Both the position numbers and the translations under genes were made by a program. The notes under the pieces are model-generated. The model had not been told where the DNA came from and did no database searches. It saw only the letters and a program-made list of their open reading frames with translations. A stretch of DNA of 62,411 bases, counting the filler. It is 13 parts of 13 records of this genome, joined end to end, with 100 filler letters (N's around TTAATTAATTAA, not from the genome) between each part and the next. Parts side by side here need not be neighbours in the genome. Positions count along the whole stretch, not along the records: positions 17,566 to 23,747 come from SRR7504441_18745; positions 23,848 to 27,157 come from SRR7504441_18777; positions 27,258 to 30,937 come from SRR7504441_18799; 10 more parts are not named here. One strand, 5' to 3'. Of this stretch, positions 20,255-31,037 are shown piece after piece. Every line of letters begins with the position of its first letter. The first letter of the stretch is position 1.

Positions 20255-22084
20255 TTAAGCTCCGGAGCATGGGCACTGTGCGCAGAAGCAAGTGACTTTT
20301 GGAACTTCGTCAGCACGTGCAGAGGCTGCCGCAAATTTGGCCTCAACTTGCTTCAACTCCTCGACGGCGGCTTCGCCCTTCTTAGCCAGGCAGTTCTTGA
20401 GGCCAAGCAGGCCCCACATGTTGTCTTTCCAAAGCTTGATGTCAGCGCGGTAGATCTGCTCTGCCTCATCCACTGCATCTTGCTCGAGCTTCAGAGCACC
20501 CAGGATGTGCCTGACTGGCTGCATCTGCCCCCACGGCTCGTTGTAGGGCAGGCCGAGAGACATGTCCACAGCCTCGGTCAGTGGTGCCCACGCTTTGTCA
20601 AAGGATGCCTCTTCTCCAGCCTTTTTGGCCAAGAATGCCTTGCGGTACTCAATCTCGCCAATCAGAACTTTCTCCTGAATATCGTGCTGCTTTGTCACAG
20701 GAACGTTGTGCTGCACGCGGGCTGACATCGGGACCGGGCCCTCGGCGTTCTGGCGTGCTTCCAAGAACTTGGCGAGCTCAGCCTCGGCCTCGGGAACCAT
20801 TCCCTTTGAGGCGTACGCCACTCCGCGAGCATAGTGCTGGACTACTATCACATTCGGGAAGACAGCTTTGTCTGTGCGCAGCGGCTCCGCGATGATGTCG
20901 TCCCATTTGCCGAACCGGACCATTACGTGCCACGGGGAGGTCACGTATGATTCCAAGAAAACTGCTCCCATGGGGATGCAACCTGCAAGCATGAACTGCA
21001 CGCCGCTATCCTTGTCACCAGCTGGGTTTTGCGCCTCCATCATACGTGCGTACTCCATGGCAGTTGTGTACTGGCCTTCGTGCATGGCACACCACACGAC
21101 AAAGTGCATGTTGTGCATCCGGTAGAACTTGTAGAACTGGTTTTCATTCTTAGTCAGGCGGACGTACTTCTCGTCGGCAGCGACCCCTTCCTTATTGCAC
21201 TCGACGCCCTCCTTCCACATGCCAGCCCAGGCATAGATGTGAGAAGGCATGTGCACGAGGTGGCCACCATCTGGGACCGTGTGCCAAAGCATATTGGCAC
21301 AAGGAACAGCTCGCTCAGGTGTTGGTGACAGCTCCATCGCGTGGCAGTACAGGTGCAGCAGTGGTGGGTGCGCTGTCTGAGGCGTGTACCCATTGCCCTC
21401 GGTCATTCCCAAAGCGGCCTCGATGATGCCGATCAGTTTTGGGGTGTTGTCATCAGCTGGGGTGATCTTCAAGTACGACTGTTCCCCGTCCTTGCAGACT
21501 TCCTTGTCCCACAGCGCCCACGGCTTCAGATTCATCAGTGCCTCGACATAGACACCGACCACATCCAGGTTGGCCTTGTGTTTCTCAAATATCGGCTCCA
21601 TGGCGGCAGCAAATTCCTTATTCAACTCGGGGTCGTTGCCCATTTTGAGCTGGGTGGGGTCAGCACTTGCCTTCGCTTCAGCAGAGTGGCGCTTGCTGAT
21701 CGCGTCGATCATGTCGATTTCGAGCTCGGTCAGGCCGTCTTTGAGGCCCTGGGCAGCTTCGCAGGAATCGTGTCCGGACCCGAGACCAGGGGGCCAGTTG
21801 TAGCTCGACGAGAGCGAGTAGGCGATGCCCCAGTGAGCCATGGCGCACTTGGAATCCTTCTCGAGGCATTCGGTGTACTTACCGATGGCCATCTCGTGGT
21901 TGTAGTTGATCATGAACCCAAACCCGTGGGCCCAGGCCTCGCGCGCCTCCTCGTTGGCGCAGGTGATGAGTTTGGCGAGCGCCAGGTTGGACTCGGCGCC
22001 AAAGTTGAACTTGTTCGGGTCTCCGGGGGCCGCCTTGGTCAGCTCCGGTGACTCCACACTCTCGGTCGTACTTCCACAGCCCAT
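20255..22084 (-). CDS. Intronless TPR/alpha-solenoid protein with conserved His motifs; N-terminal MGC acylation motif
   Basis: YNHEMAI..C..CAMAHWGIAY, HLYCHAME, GHLVHMPSHIY, HNMHF, LPYNEPWG.MQPVRH.LGAL, NMWGLLGL. Confidence 0.8.
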   Translation of the reverse strand: MGCGSTTESVESPELTKAAPGDPNKFNFGAESNLALAKLITCANEEAREAWAHGFGFMINYNHEMAIGKYTECLEKDSKCAMAHWGIAYSLSSSYNWPPGLGSGHDSCEAAQGLKDGLTELEIDMIDAISKRHSAEAKASADPTQLKMGNDPELNKEFAAAMEPIFEKHKANLDVVGVYVEALMNLKPWALWDKEVCKDGEQSYLKITPADDNTPKLIGIIEAALGMTEGNGYTPQTAHPPLLHLYCHAMELSPTPERAVPCANMLWHTVPDGGHLVHMPSHIYAWAGMWKEGVECNKEGVAADEKYVRLTKNENQFYKFYRMHNMHFVVWCAMHEGQYTTAMEYARMMEAQNPAGDKDSGVQFMLAGCIPMGAVFLESYVTSPWHVMVRFGKWDDIIAEPLRTDKAVFPNVIVVQHYARGVAYASKGMVPEAEAELAKFLEARQNAEGPVPMSARVQHNVPVTKQHDIQEKVLIGEIEYRKAFLAKKAGEEASFDKAWAPLTEAVDMSLGLPYNEPWGQMQPVRHILGALKLEQDAVDEAEQIYRADIKLWKDNMWGLLGLKNCLAKKGEAAVEELKQVEAKFAAASARADEVPKVTCFCAQCPCSGA

Positions 22085-22381
22085 GCTCTCGAATCAACTC
22101 TGACGGGGGGTTGGGTGACGTGGCCAAGCGCTGAGCGAAGCGGCGTTGGGTGGGAAAGTACAAGATCCCGCTTATTTTTAGATCTACCAAATAGTAACGG
22201 CCTCGCCACGCAATTTGTTGTTGGTTGACCTTGGTCGTGATTGGATTGGAGAGCGGCCACCACTTCGCGTCGCTGGCGCTCAGCCTGAGCACCAGCCACC
22301 TGAGCGGGACGCGGTGCCTGTGGCGGCTGCAAATCGCGCGGCTATGAGCCCACTGCATCGGAGCTAGGCACCGCATCGGGG

Positions 22382-23257
22382 ATGGAGTCGAGCTCGAGCC
22401 ACACCTTCGTGGCCGGCGGGGTGGCCGGCGCCGTCTCAAAGTCGCTCTCGGCCCCGCTGGCCCGGATCAGCACCCAACTCCAGCTCACCCGTGGGATCGG
22501 AATTTCGGCTACTGCCCGGCGGATCTGGGCGGCCGAGGGGCCGCTCGGGTTCCTGCGGGGGCACTCGGCCGACTTACTCAAAGGGGTGGTGTTCATGGGA
22601 GGGAACCTGACCCTGTTCAGGAGGTCGGAGCGCTGGCTGCGGCGGGAGGCCGGCTGGTCAAGCCCGGTGGGGACAAAGCTCGTGGCCGGAGCAAGCTCGG
22701 GCTGTATACTTGTCGGGCTGACTCACCCGGTGGATCTTCTCCGGACGCAGCAAATCGCTGCGGCGGCCGCGGGTCAGAGCCCAGCGATAACCGCTGCGCT
22801 GAGCGACACCATCCGGGTCCGGGGAGTGAGCGGGCTGTGGAGCGGGAGCTACTGTGCGCTGATGGCAGTGGTGCCGAATCTAGCGATTTTGTTCACCACT
22901 TATGATCTCACGCAGTCACGCATCAGAGCGACGGAGCTGGAGAAACACCGAGGGCTGGCAGGTGCGGCCTGTGGAGTTATCTCAGGTTGGGTCGCAAACA
23001 GTTTGACCTACCCTGTGCACGTTGTGAAGCGCAACCTGCAAGCAGAGGCGCGGAGTTCAACTTGTGACTGTAGATTCAGATCTGCCTTCCAATGTGCTAC
23101 CTCCATTCTGCAATCGCAGGGTCTGGCCGGGTTTTATAGGGGCTTGGCTATTACGCTGTTGAGGACAGTTCCAGTGAGTGGCATGAACTTTGCAGTGTTT
23201 GAGTTGGTTAGAAGTTGGCTCCACCAGCCTAGTGATCATCTATTGTCGCCCCTCTGA
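22382..23257 (+). CDS. Mitochondrial carrier family (SLC25) protein
   Basis: Three Px[DE]xx[KR]-like repeats (PLARIS, PVDLLR, PVHVVK) and G..GF[LY]RG motifs. Confidence 0.9.
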   Translation: MESSSSHTFVAGGVAGAVSKSLSAPLARISTQLQLTRGIGISATARRIWAAEGPLGFLRGHSADLLKGVVFMGGNLTLFRRSERWLRREAGWSSPVGTKLVAGASSGCILVGLTHPVDLLRTQQIAAAAAGQSPAITAALSDTIRVRGVSGLWSGSYCALMAVVPNLAILFTTYDLTQSRIRATELEKHRGLAGAACGVISGWVANSLTYPVHVVKRNLQAEARSSTCDCRFRSAFQCATSILQSQGLAGFYRGLAITLLRTVPVSGMNFAVFELVRSWLHQPSDHLLSPL

Positions 23258-23747
23258 CAATGCACGGCTCAGTACTCGTTCTTAGCATACATATAATGGC
23301 TACCATATGACTGTACTCGTACGTAGTTCCTGGTTCAAACATAAATATTACTATATTAATGAGTGAATTCAGCTTGAACTCCGGCTCGTATCCGGCTCGA
23401 ATCGACAGAAGGCTTTTCAAAATTAATGTCAATGAGCATCTAATGAGCATCTGAACAATCGTACGTACTATTTATGTTACATGTATTTGAACTAGAAGAA
23501 TTTGCTAATCGAAGTTCATCATCAGACTTGTCGGATCGTCACTTCTCCCAGGTCATCTCTTCGGCGCCTTTTCCCTTCGGGGTCCCACTTTTCAGGCTTT
23601 GGAGCCCGGGAAACCTAACATTACCAACCGGCACTTCAATCTACGCCTGGTTAGTGGGCTGGCAATACATTGCGCGGCCTTGCATGGGGCTTGACCCCTG
23701 CAGGCAGATCCAGTTCCCCCATTCCACTCGTGCCTTGTTCTTCCCTG

Positions 23748-23847
23748 NNNNNNNNNNNNNNNNNNNNNNNNNNNNNNNNNNNNNNNNNNNNTTAATTAAT
23801 TAANNNNNNNNNNNNNNNNNNNNNNNNNNNNNNNNNNNNNNNNNNNN
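23748..23847. other. Artificial contig linker
   Basis: N44-TTAATTAATTAA-N44. Confidence 0.99.
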
Positions 23848-23849
23848 AG

Positions 23850-26800
23850 ATGCCGACGAGCACAGCTGTGCTCTCGGCGGTGCTGCTGCTGGGCAGTGCT
23901 GCGTCCGAGGGCGCCACACGAGCCGGAGAGCACATTGGGCAGTGGAGCACCCCGCCGCGCAAGTGCCCTTCGTCATTGGTCACCGACGGCCCTCTGCTCG
24001 GGAACGGCGACGCGGGGGCTGCCATGGGAGGATTTGGCAGCAGCGGCGACGGCAACACAGTCACCCAGAGCTTTTACCTGGGCAAGATGGATTTCTGGAC
24101 CCAGCAGAATCTGCCGGGGCCCAACAGGATGGCGTACTTCTCTCACGTTGCCCCCGGGCACATCACAATGCAGCTCGGGTCGCTGGCCGGGGCGCACGCT
24201 GGCCGCACCGAGTTTGCCGTCTTTAGCGCCAGCCAGGAGCTACTGGCTGCCCGTGTGAATGCTTCGGTCGGAGGTGGCGGCAGCAGCGGTTGCGGTGTGG
24301 TCCGCACCAGCGCAGTGATGGCTCCGGAACGGAATCTGTTGGTGGCCCGGCTGACCATCGAGCGGGCGTGCCTGTTAAACCTGACACTGTCGACGCCCAA
24401 CATGTATGGGCTGCCCATCCAAGCGGGGTACAGTCCGCCCGCCCACCTATGGCTGCGGCGGCAGAACAACAAGTGGGTCTACCCCGATGCGACGCTGACA
24501 GAGTGCGCACAGCATGTGGTGAATGCCGCTGCGCTCAGGCACTTTGTCTTCAACAGCGCATCGGCGCCAAAGGTCCGCATCGGTGCCCTTAGAAATGGAA
24601 CGAACGAGCACAGTTGCATGTGGCTGGCAACAGATGAAGCTGAGTCTCTCGCCATGCATCAGCCGCGTGGGAGTTTCATCACCATGGGAGAATGCGGTGT
24701 GCACGGGACTGCCTGGGAATTCGACAAGCAACAGGGGACCATCAGCTCTATCGACTACCCAGGGATGTGCGTCGGCTACTGGGTCGGAGCCGTCTGGCCG
24801 CTGCCTTCGCTGCGACAGGCTGTGGCGCCAGTTTCGTGTACAAACCACTCTACTGACTGGGCTATACGCTTCAGTGTAACTAAATCTGCGGGCGGTGCAG
24901 CAATGCTGCGTGCGGTTTCGGCCAGCGCCTCATTGGATCCACTTTCGATCGAGTCGACGTCGCCGTGCCTCGCAATTGTCCGGCCGAACATAAACATTTC
25001 TCTGGCCATCACTGCCAATATTGGGTTTCCGAATGGAACTGTCCTCTCGCCGCAAAGTCAGCGTGCTTCCAACGATTCTACTCCTTCAGATCCGGGTTGT
25101 CTATACGGCGGGGCCGTGTGCAGCGAGTCATACCAAACCAGCAGCATATTTCAGCTGCAGCCCGGCACTGAGTATGTCTTGCGAGCTGCAGTGGAAACCA
25201 CACGAGGCCGAGTCCCATCCCAATCTGCTTACGACAAAGCTATGGAGCTGGCCACTACGAGCATTGCCAGTGACGTTGAATCGGAGAACGCTCGAGTATG
25301 GGCTCTCTGGTTCAATAAGAGCGCTGTTGATCTCGGACCTGCCCGGTCTTATCTGGAGGGCTATTGGTATGGTGCCCAGTACATGCTCCGGTGCATGAGC
25401 AAATCTCAGGGAGAGGGGGGCGTGATTCCAGGCCTGCTCGGACCATGGTCACTTCAGGATCCAGTGGGATGGAGCGATGACGTGACTCTTGACTACAATG
25501 TTGAGGCAAATTACTATGGCGCTGCATCCAGCAATCACCCCGAAGCGATGGATCCCTACTTCGCAACACTCAGTTCTCTCATCCCACTCGGCAGGCAGAG
25601 AGCGAGCTTACCCTCATGGAATCAGGGTGGCCACGAAGCACATGGCTTCTTTGGTCAGCAGACAGAGGCGATGGGCTGCAACTGCAACAATTACGACCAC
25701 TGTTATGTCGATGGCAAGGGTGAACCATGCCCGGCCACTTTTGGGGGCTTCGATGGCATAGAGCTCCCGTCGGCGATCGGAGCTTTTCAAGAGTTGCACT
25801 GCAGCCACGATTCATCTATGCGTTCGACTGCGGCGATGACAGCTCAGCCCTTTATCGACTATGTTGACTACACGGCGAACCGCACCTTCATGGCAAGCAC
25901 AGCATACCCGTTTGTTAAGGAAGTGGCGCTCTTCTATGCTTCCTATCTGAAAAGGGATCCAGTTGACGGCAAGTTTGGAGTGCCATTCGGTTGTGCGCAG
26001 GAAGTCTGTTCTGGGCGGCAATCGGGCGGCTATCATCCTCAAAAGGACGACACTATAGACCTTTCATATGCCAAGTGGATCTTCACCAAGGCCGTTGAAT
26101 GGGGGCGCGAGCTTGGCGACAATGTCACACTGCTAGATACCTGGCATTCAATGAGCCTACAGCTCAAAGCCTACCCGCTCACGGACCAATATGCCTATCC
26201 GCACTCAGATCGAGCGCCCTGGTGTGCAGAGAGTAATTGCACTGGATTCAGTGAAGCCATCAACACAGATGTCAACTCGAGCGCCATCATGTATGCCAAT
26301 TACATGTGGCCGATAGCAAACTTTGCACCGATCCATCCGACTGGAATGGTCTCGTTGTCCAGTGATAACCTGACAAAGACAATGGCCCGCAACACCATCT
26401 GGCTTGTGAACAATCATTCAGGTTGGCACCCAGTCAACGGCATTTGTTTGGCTTGGCCATCAGCTGCGAGGATGATGGACAAGCACGACCCATACCCAGT
26501 TGGCCCAGCTGAGCTACTTTCAAATTTTGAGACAGCGCTGAGAGCCACCATGCAGCCGAACTTCTGGCCTAGTATGGGAGGAGGCGGGCTAGAGCAAGTC
26601 GGTGCAACACAGGCTATCAACGAGCTGCTGCTTCAGTCATTTGATGGGTATCTCTCGTTGTTCCCAGGCTGGCCGCTGAATGAGAACGCCAGCTTCACCA
26701 CCTTGCGCGCAGTCGGAGCATTCTTGGTCTCGTCTTCAATCGATACCTTCGGAGTTGTCGGCCCTACCACGGTATATTCAGAGGCGGGTAAGACATGTGC

Positions 26801-26945
26801 TCTCCTGAGTCCTTGGGGAGATACCGTGGTACCGCGGGTTGTGGAAAGCAAGTCAAGACAGGAACAGCGCATCAGTATAGTGGCTGGTGGCAAGATTAGC
26901 TTTGATACCACCGCGGGGATGTCTTATATTGTCTCGAAGCCATAA
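23850..26945 (+). CDS. Secreted GH95-like (alpha/alpha)6 glycoside hydrolase with ricin-B-like insertion, intronless
   Basis: Signal peptide, GPLLGNGD, PGLLGPW, TLDYNVEANYY, YPFVKEVALFY, INELLLQS..LFPGWP..F.TLRAVGAFLVS. Confidence 0.8.
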   Translation: MPTSTAVLSAVLLLGSAASEGATRAGEHIGQWSTPPRKCPSSLVTDGPLLGNGDAGAAMGGFGSSGDGNTVTQSFYLGKMDFWTQQNLPGPNRMAYFSHVAPGHITMQLGSLAGAHAGRTEFAVFSASQELLAARVNASVGGGGSSGCGVVRTSAVMAPERNLLVARLTIERACLLNLTLSTPNMYGLPIQAGYSPPAHLWLRRQNNKWVYPDATLTECAQHVVNAAALRHFVFNSASAPKVRIGALRNGTNEHSCMWLATDEAESLAMHQPRGSFITMGECGVHGTAWEFDKQQGTISSIDYPGMCVGYWVGAVWPLPSLRQAVAPVSCTNHSTDWAIRFSVTKSAGGAAMLRAVSASASLDPLSIESTSPCLAIVRPNINISLAITANIGFPNGTVLSPQSQRASNDSTPSDPGCLYGGAVCSESYQTSSIFQLQPGTEYVLRAAVETTRGRVPSQSAYDKAMELATTSIASDVESENARVWALWFNKSAVDLGPARSYLEGYWYGAQYMLRCMSKSQGEGGVIPGLLGPWSLQDPVGWSDDVTLDYNVEANYYGAASSNHPEAMDPYFATLSSLIPLGRQRASLPSWNQGGHEAHGFFGQQTEAMGCNCNNYDHCYVDGKGEPCPATFGGFDGIELPSAIGAFQELHCSHDSSMRSTAAMTAQPFIDYVDYTANRTFMASTAYPFVKEVALFYASYLKRDPVDGKFGVPFGCAQEVCSGRQSGGYHPQKDDTIDLSYAKWIFTKAVEWGRELGDNVTLLDTWHSMSLQLKAYPLTDQYAYPHSDRAPWCAESNCTGFSEAINTDVNSSAIMYANYMWPIANFAPIHPTGMVSLSSDNLTKTMARNTIWLVNNHSGWHPVNGICLAWPSAARMMDKHDPYPVGPAELLSNFETALRATMQPNFWPSMGGGGLEQVGATQAINELLLQSFDGYLSLFPGWPLNENASFTTLRAVGAFLVSSSIDTFGVVGPTTVYSEAGKTCALLSPWGDTVVPRVVESKSRQEQRISIVAGGKISFDTTAGMSYIVSKP

Positions 26946-27157
26946 TCAAGCCTATAGGACGCGCATACATAACTGAGAAATCTTGTAGACGTAGAAAATC
27001 TTAACTGAGAAATTCTTGATAGAGATAATCTTCCAATCATTACAAATAGCACTCTGGATAGCATTAGGATAGCATCACTACGAGTATAGCATCATATATA
27101 GCTTTATTGCAACCTATCCGTGCTTATACCTGAGGCCCGCAGGTGCCATGGTTGAGG

Positions 27158-27257
27158 NNNNNNNNNNNNNNNNNNNNNNNNNNNNNNNNNNNNNNNNNNN
27201 NTTAATTAATTAANNNNNNNNNNNNNNNNNNNNNNNNNNNNNNNNNNNNNNNNNNNN
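27158..27257. other. Artificial contig linker
   Basis: N44-TTAATTAATTAA-N44. Confidence 0.99.
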
Positions 27258-27372
27258 AGGCACCGCTTTGGGGGGCTTTGGGGGGCAAGCATCACGTCAG
27301 TACAGGTACAAGGTTGTACCTGATGTGCATGAAATGAACTACATGTAGTCTAACGGACGAACACTTCGCACG

Positions 27373-29402
27373 ATGGTCGCGGAACTCGCCGGGTTGGCGA
27401 TGAGCGCCGAGGTGCGGGCGGCGCTGTCGGCCGGGCGGCCGGTGGTGGCACTGGAGTCGACGATCATCAGCCACGGGATGCCGTACCCCCAGAACCTGCG
27501 CACGGCGGTGGCGGTCGAGGAGGTGGTCCGGAGCCACGGGGCCATCCCTGCCACCATCGCCGTGCTCGACGGCCGGCCCACCGTCGGGCTCTCGCCGGCC
27601 GAGCTCGAGCGGCTGGCCAAGGCTGGGCTGTCGGCCCGCAAAGTCTCCCGGCGCGACCTTGCCCGGTGCGTGGCCGAGCGGGCGGTCGGGGCTACTACCG
27701 TGTCCGGGACCATGCTGCTGGCACAGATGGCCGGGATACGGGTGTTCGTCACCGGCGGGTGCGGCGGGGTCCACCGGGGCGATGCGATGGACATCTCGGC
27801 CGACCTGAGCGAGCTCGGCCGTACGGCGGTCGCTGTGGTCTGCGCTGGAGTTAAATCTATCCTGGACATCCCACGAACACTCGAGTTCCTGGAGACCCAA
27901 GGGGTGCCGGTGATCACGCTCGGCCAGACCCAGTTCCCGGGCTTCTTCTCGGCCGACTCGGGAGTCAAGTCGCCTTCTTCTGTTGGCTCTGTGGCTGAAC
28001 TGGCTGAAATCCTCAGGGCGCACACCGCACTCCGGCTGAGCCAGGGGATGCTGCTGGCGGTCCCGATCCCGAAAGAGCACGACCTCGGGCGGCTGATCGA
28101 GCCGATGGTCGAGCAGGCGCTGCGGGACGCTGAGGCGCGCGGGGTGAAGGTGACTTCCGCAGATTTCCTAATAAGGCAGGTGTGACAGGGCGCTGAGATC
28201 ACGCCATTCCTGCTCGAGCAGATCAACCAACTAACTGCCGGCAAGTCGCTTACCGCCAACATCGCCCTGATCAAGCACAACGCCCAAGTGGGCGCTCAGC
28301 TCGCCGTCAAGCTTGCCTCGCGGACCTCTGGCAGCGTGGTGGTAGCAGGCGCAGTCGCAGTGGACACCACCGCCGAACCCGCCGGCCAGCTCACCCCGCG
28401 CAGCTCGTCCCCGGGCGCGCTCGGCCGGAGCCTGGGCGGGGTGGCCGGGAATGTGGCTCGCGGGCTGGCTGCACTCGGGGTGTGTCGGGCGCTCGGTGGC
28501 GCTGAGGCCTGGCAGGTGGCCCCGACCTTGCTCTCGAGTGTAGGAGACGACGCGGCCGGCTGGTGGGTGCGGGAGCAGCTGCCCGCGCACGGGGTCCCAA
28601 CGGACGGGCTCGTAACCGCCGGGCAGACCGCAGAGTACCTAGCTCTGCTCCACCCTGGGGGCGAGCTAGCGCACGCAGTGGCAGCGATGAGCTTCGACTG
28701 CCTCGACCAGGCCTGGGCAGAGAGCGCGGCGGCCGGCCGGCTGACCGAGCACACCCGGGCGCTGGTGCTGGACGCCAACCTGCCCTGCCAGACGATCGGC
28801 TCGCTGCTCCATCAGGCGGCTCAGCTGAGCGTCCCAGTGTGGTTCGAGCCGGTTTCCGTTGCCAAGAGCGCCCGGCTGGTTGCCAACGGGAAGCTCCGCG
28901 GGCCCGTGGCGGTGGTGTCGCCCAACCGGGACGAGCTGGCCGTGCTGGCCGGCCTGGTAGCTCCTGCAGGTCCGATCCGGCCCCGGTGCCTCCGCCAGCC
29001 TGAGGGGTAGGTGAGCCCGACGGCCGCCAGCTGGACCGACTAGCCGACTGGCCGGCCTCCCGAGCCGACAAGGCGGAGGTGGCCCGGCAGGCCCGCCGGG
29101 TGCTCGCTGCGGGGGCGGGGGCGGTGCTGGTGACGCTGGGACCGGCCGGTGTGCTGCTCGCCCAGTCGGATTCGCTCGTCTACCTGCCGGCGGCGCCCTG
29201 CCCGGGGGTGCTCGATGTGACAGGGGCCGGCGACTGTTTGGTGGCCGGCACGCTCAGCTGGCTGGTCCGGGGGGCGAGCCGGATGGACGACCAAGCCGCG
29301 CTGCTTGACGCGGTGCGCCGAGGCGGACTGCCGGCGGCTGCGGTGGCGATTCAGCACCGGGAAAGCGTACCAAAAGCTCTGCGGCAGCTGCTGCCTAACT
29401 AG
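27373..29402 (+). CDS. Bifunctional pseudouridine-5'-phosphate glycosidase (PsuG/IndA) + PfkB-family kinase
   Basis: VALESTIISHGMPYPQN, GATTVSGT, DISADL, KSILD, ITPFLL; then GGVAGNVA, LDANL, SPNRDEL, DVTGAGD. Introns 28150-28188 and 28970-29010. Confidence 0.92.
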
Positions 29403-29578
29403 GCGGCCAGCTGCCGGTGCGGTGTCTGTAGCTACCCGCGTAAAATTACTAGTACGCAACAATTACTACAATTGATCCAGTCCTAGTATTCGTGACCAGT
29501 GCCGACGTCGACGCCCCTACAGATTGGGCTAGGTTTATGAGCGGTTTACGCTGAGCACACGGACGGCTCTAGCGCCGG

Positions 29579-30001
29579 TCATAACTCGCCCTTGACTTGC
29601 TCGTGCAGCTCGTCGGGCAGCAGCTGCAGCGCCAGCCCGCCCTGCCGGGCCGCCTCCTCCTGTTTCTCCCGCACTCGCACCGCCCTCTCCCTCCCGAGCA
29701 GTCTATCGTACTCCTCCCGGCCCAGCGGCCCGTGCAGCTTGAGCCAATCGGCCGCCGCGCGCTCGGCGGCTGCCTGGTCGGGTTGGGCGGCCGGGCTGGC
29801 CATTTCCCACGGGCTGAGCAGGCCATCGTGGTTGGTGTCCCGCAAGACCAGCAGCTGGTGCAGCTTGTGCCGGTGAGCCAGCTCCCGGCCGGAGAGCCGG
29901 CCGTCCCGGTCCCGGTCCAGGCGATCGAACTCCAGGTCGGCGATCAGGTCCCCGCCGCACCAGCCGCACCAAACCACCAGCCCGACCCACCTCCTCAGCA
30001 T
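29579..30001 (-). CDS. Small secreted EF-hand protein
   Basis: Signal-like MLRRWVGLVVWCG, EF loops DRDRDGRLSGRE and DTNHDGLLSPWE. Confidence 0.7.
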   Translation of the reverse strand: MLRRWVGLVVWCGWCGGDLIADLEFDRLDRDRDGRLSGRELAHRHKLHQLLVLRDTNHDGLLSPWEMASPAAQPDQAAAERAAADWLKLHGPLGREEYDRLLGRERAVRVREKQEEAARQGGLALQLLPDELHEQVKGEL

Positions 30002-30071
30002 TATCCCAACGCCGACATGCTTGAGCTGCCCAATCGATGATCCCAAATTGGCAACGAGCACAGAACGGGGC

Positions 30072-30713
30072 ATGGGAGCCACGCTGTGTGCAGAGCCGCG
30101 CGCTGCGCCGGTGGAGCCGGAGCCGCCGTCCAGTCCCGTCAGCCCGGACCGCTCGGCCCTCCAGCTGTTGGTATCGGCGGCGGCGCTCAGGGCCGGCAGG
30201 AGCCCGGCCACCCGGTTGATCCGCCTCCAGCTGGGCGATGGCGAGCTCGAGCTGCCGGCCGGGTGCACCGGGGCCGAGGCGCTGGTATTGGCCTGGCTGG
30301 CCTCCGGCCACCGGCCGGGCGGGTTGGCCTGGTGTGAGCTCAAGTGGCAACTAGCGGGGGCCCGCCCAGCCAGCGAGGAGCGGCCGGTGGCACAGCCGCG
30401 AATAGAGGTGACGGTGCCGCCAACCGCACGGCTGGACGAGCTGGGGGTGCGGGAGGGCGGCCGGGTCCGGCTGGCGGCCCGGGGTTGCCGGCGGGGATTG
30501 GCAAAGCTGGCCGCTGTGCTCGAGGACGAGGTGATGAAGGCCGAGGCCGAGGGCAAGCTACCGGCCGGCTGGCGCGGGCCTGAGCCTGCCGTGTCGGTTG
30601 GGTACCTTGAGGAGCGGCTGGCGGGGCTGGACGGGGTGTCGCCCAAGTCGGCGCTCTGGGCTGCCGGGGTGACGATGCCCAGGCTGGAGAGTATGGCTCC
30701 GGTCGGGGATTGA
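30072..30713 (+). CDS. Hypothetical protein, possibly ubiquitin-like + BAG-like elements
   Basis: LDELGVREGGRVRL and LEERLAGLDGV resemble UBL and BAG motifs; weak. Confidence 0.4.
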   Translation: MGATLCAEPRAAPVEPEPPSSPVSPDRSALQLLVSAAALRAGRSPATRLIRLQLGDGELELPAGCTGAEALVLAWLASGHRPGGLAWCELKWQLAGARPASEERPVAQPRIEVTVPPTARLDELGVREGGRVRLAARGCRRGLAKLAAVLEDEVMKAEAEGKLPAGWRGPEPAVSVGYLEERLAGLDGVSPKSALWAAGVTMPRLESMAPVGD

Positions 30714-30937
30714 AGCACCTGAACTACTACTCGACTATCTGATGCGTATCAATCTATGATTGCTAACAATACCTAGAACGACATTGCCAACTACACATAC
30801 AATTATTCGTGTACATTGATCGTTGAATCATTCGAATCGTTGATCTGTTTCAAGATAACCAGTTACCTACCGGTACGAGCAGGCTGCCTTGTTGGCCAGC
30901 TGGCGTAAAGTCATGTCGTGACACGTGTGCGTGGCCG

Positions 30938-31037
30938 NNNNNNNNNNNNNNNNNNNNNNNNNNNNNNNNNNNNNNNNNNNNTTAATTAATTAANNNNNNN
31001 NNNNNNNNNNNNNNNNNNNNNNNNNNNNNNNNNNNNN
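30938..31037. other. Artificial contig linker
   Basis: N44-TTAATTAATTAA-N44. Confidence 0.99.

Noticed and set aside
23500-23747. Possible minus-strand 3' gene fragment
   Set aside because: No recognisable motif and ambiguous splicing.
30002-30718. N-terminal part of the 379-aa minus ORF
   Set aside because: Antisense shadow of the plus-strand ORF; the EF-hand gene starts at 30001.
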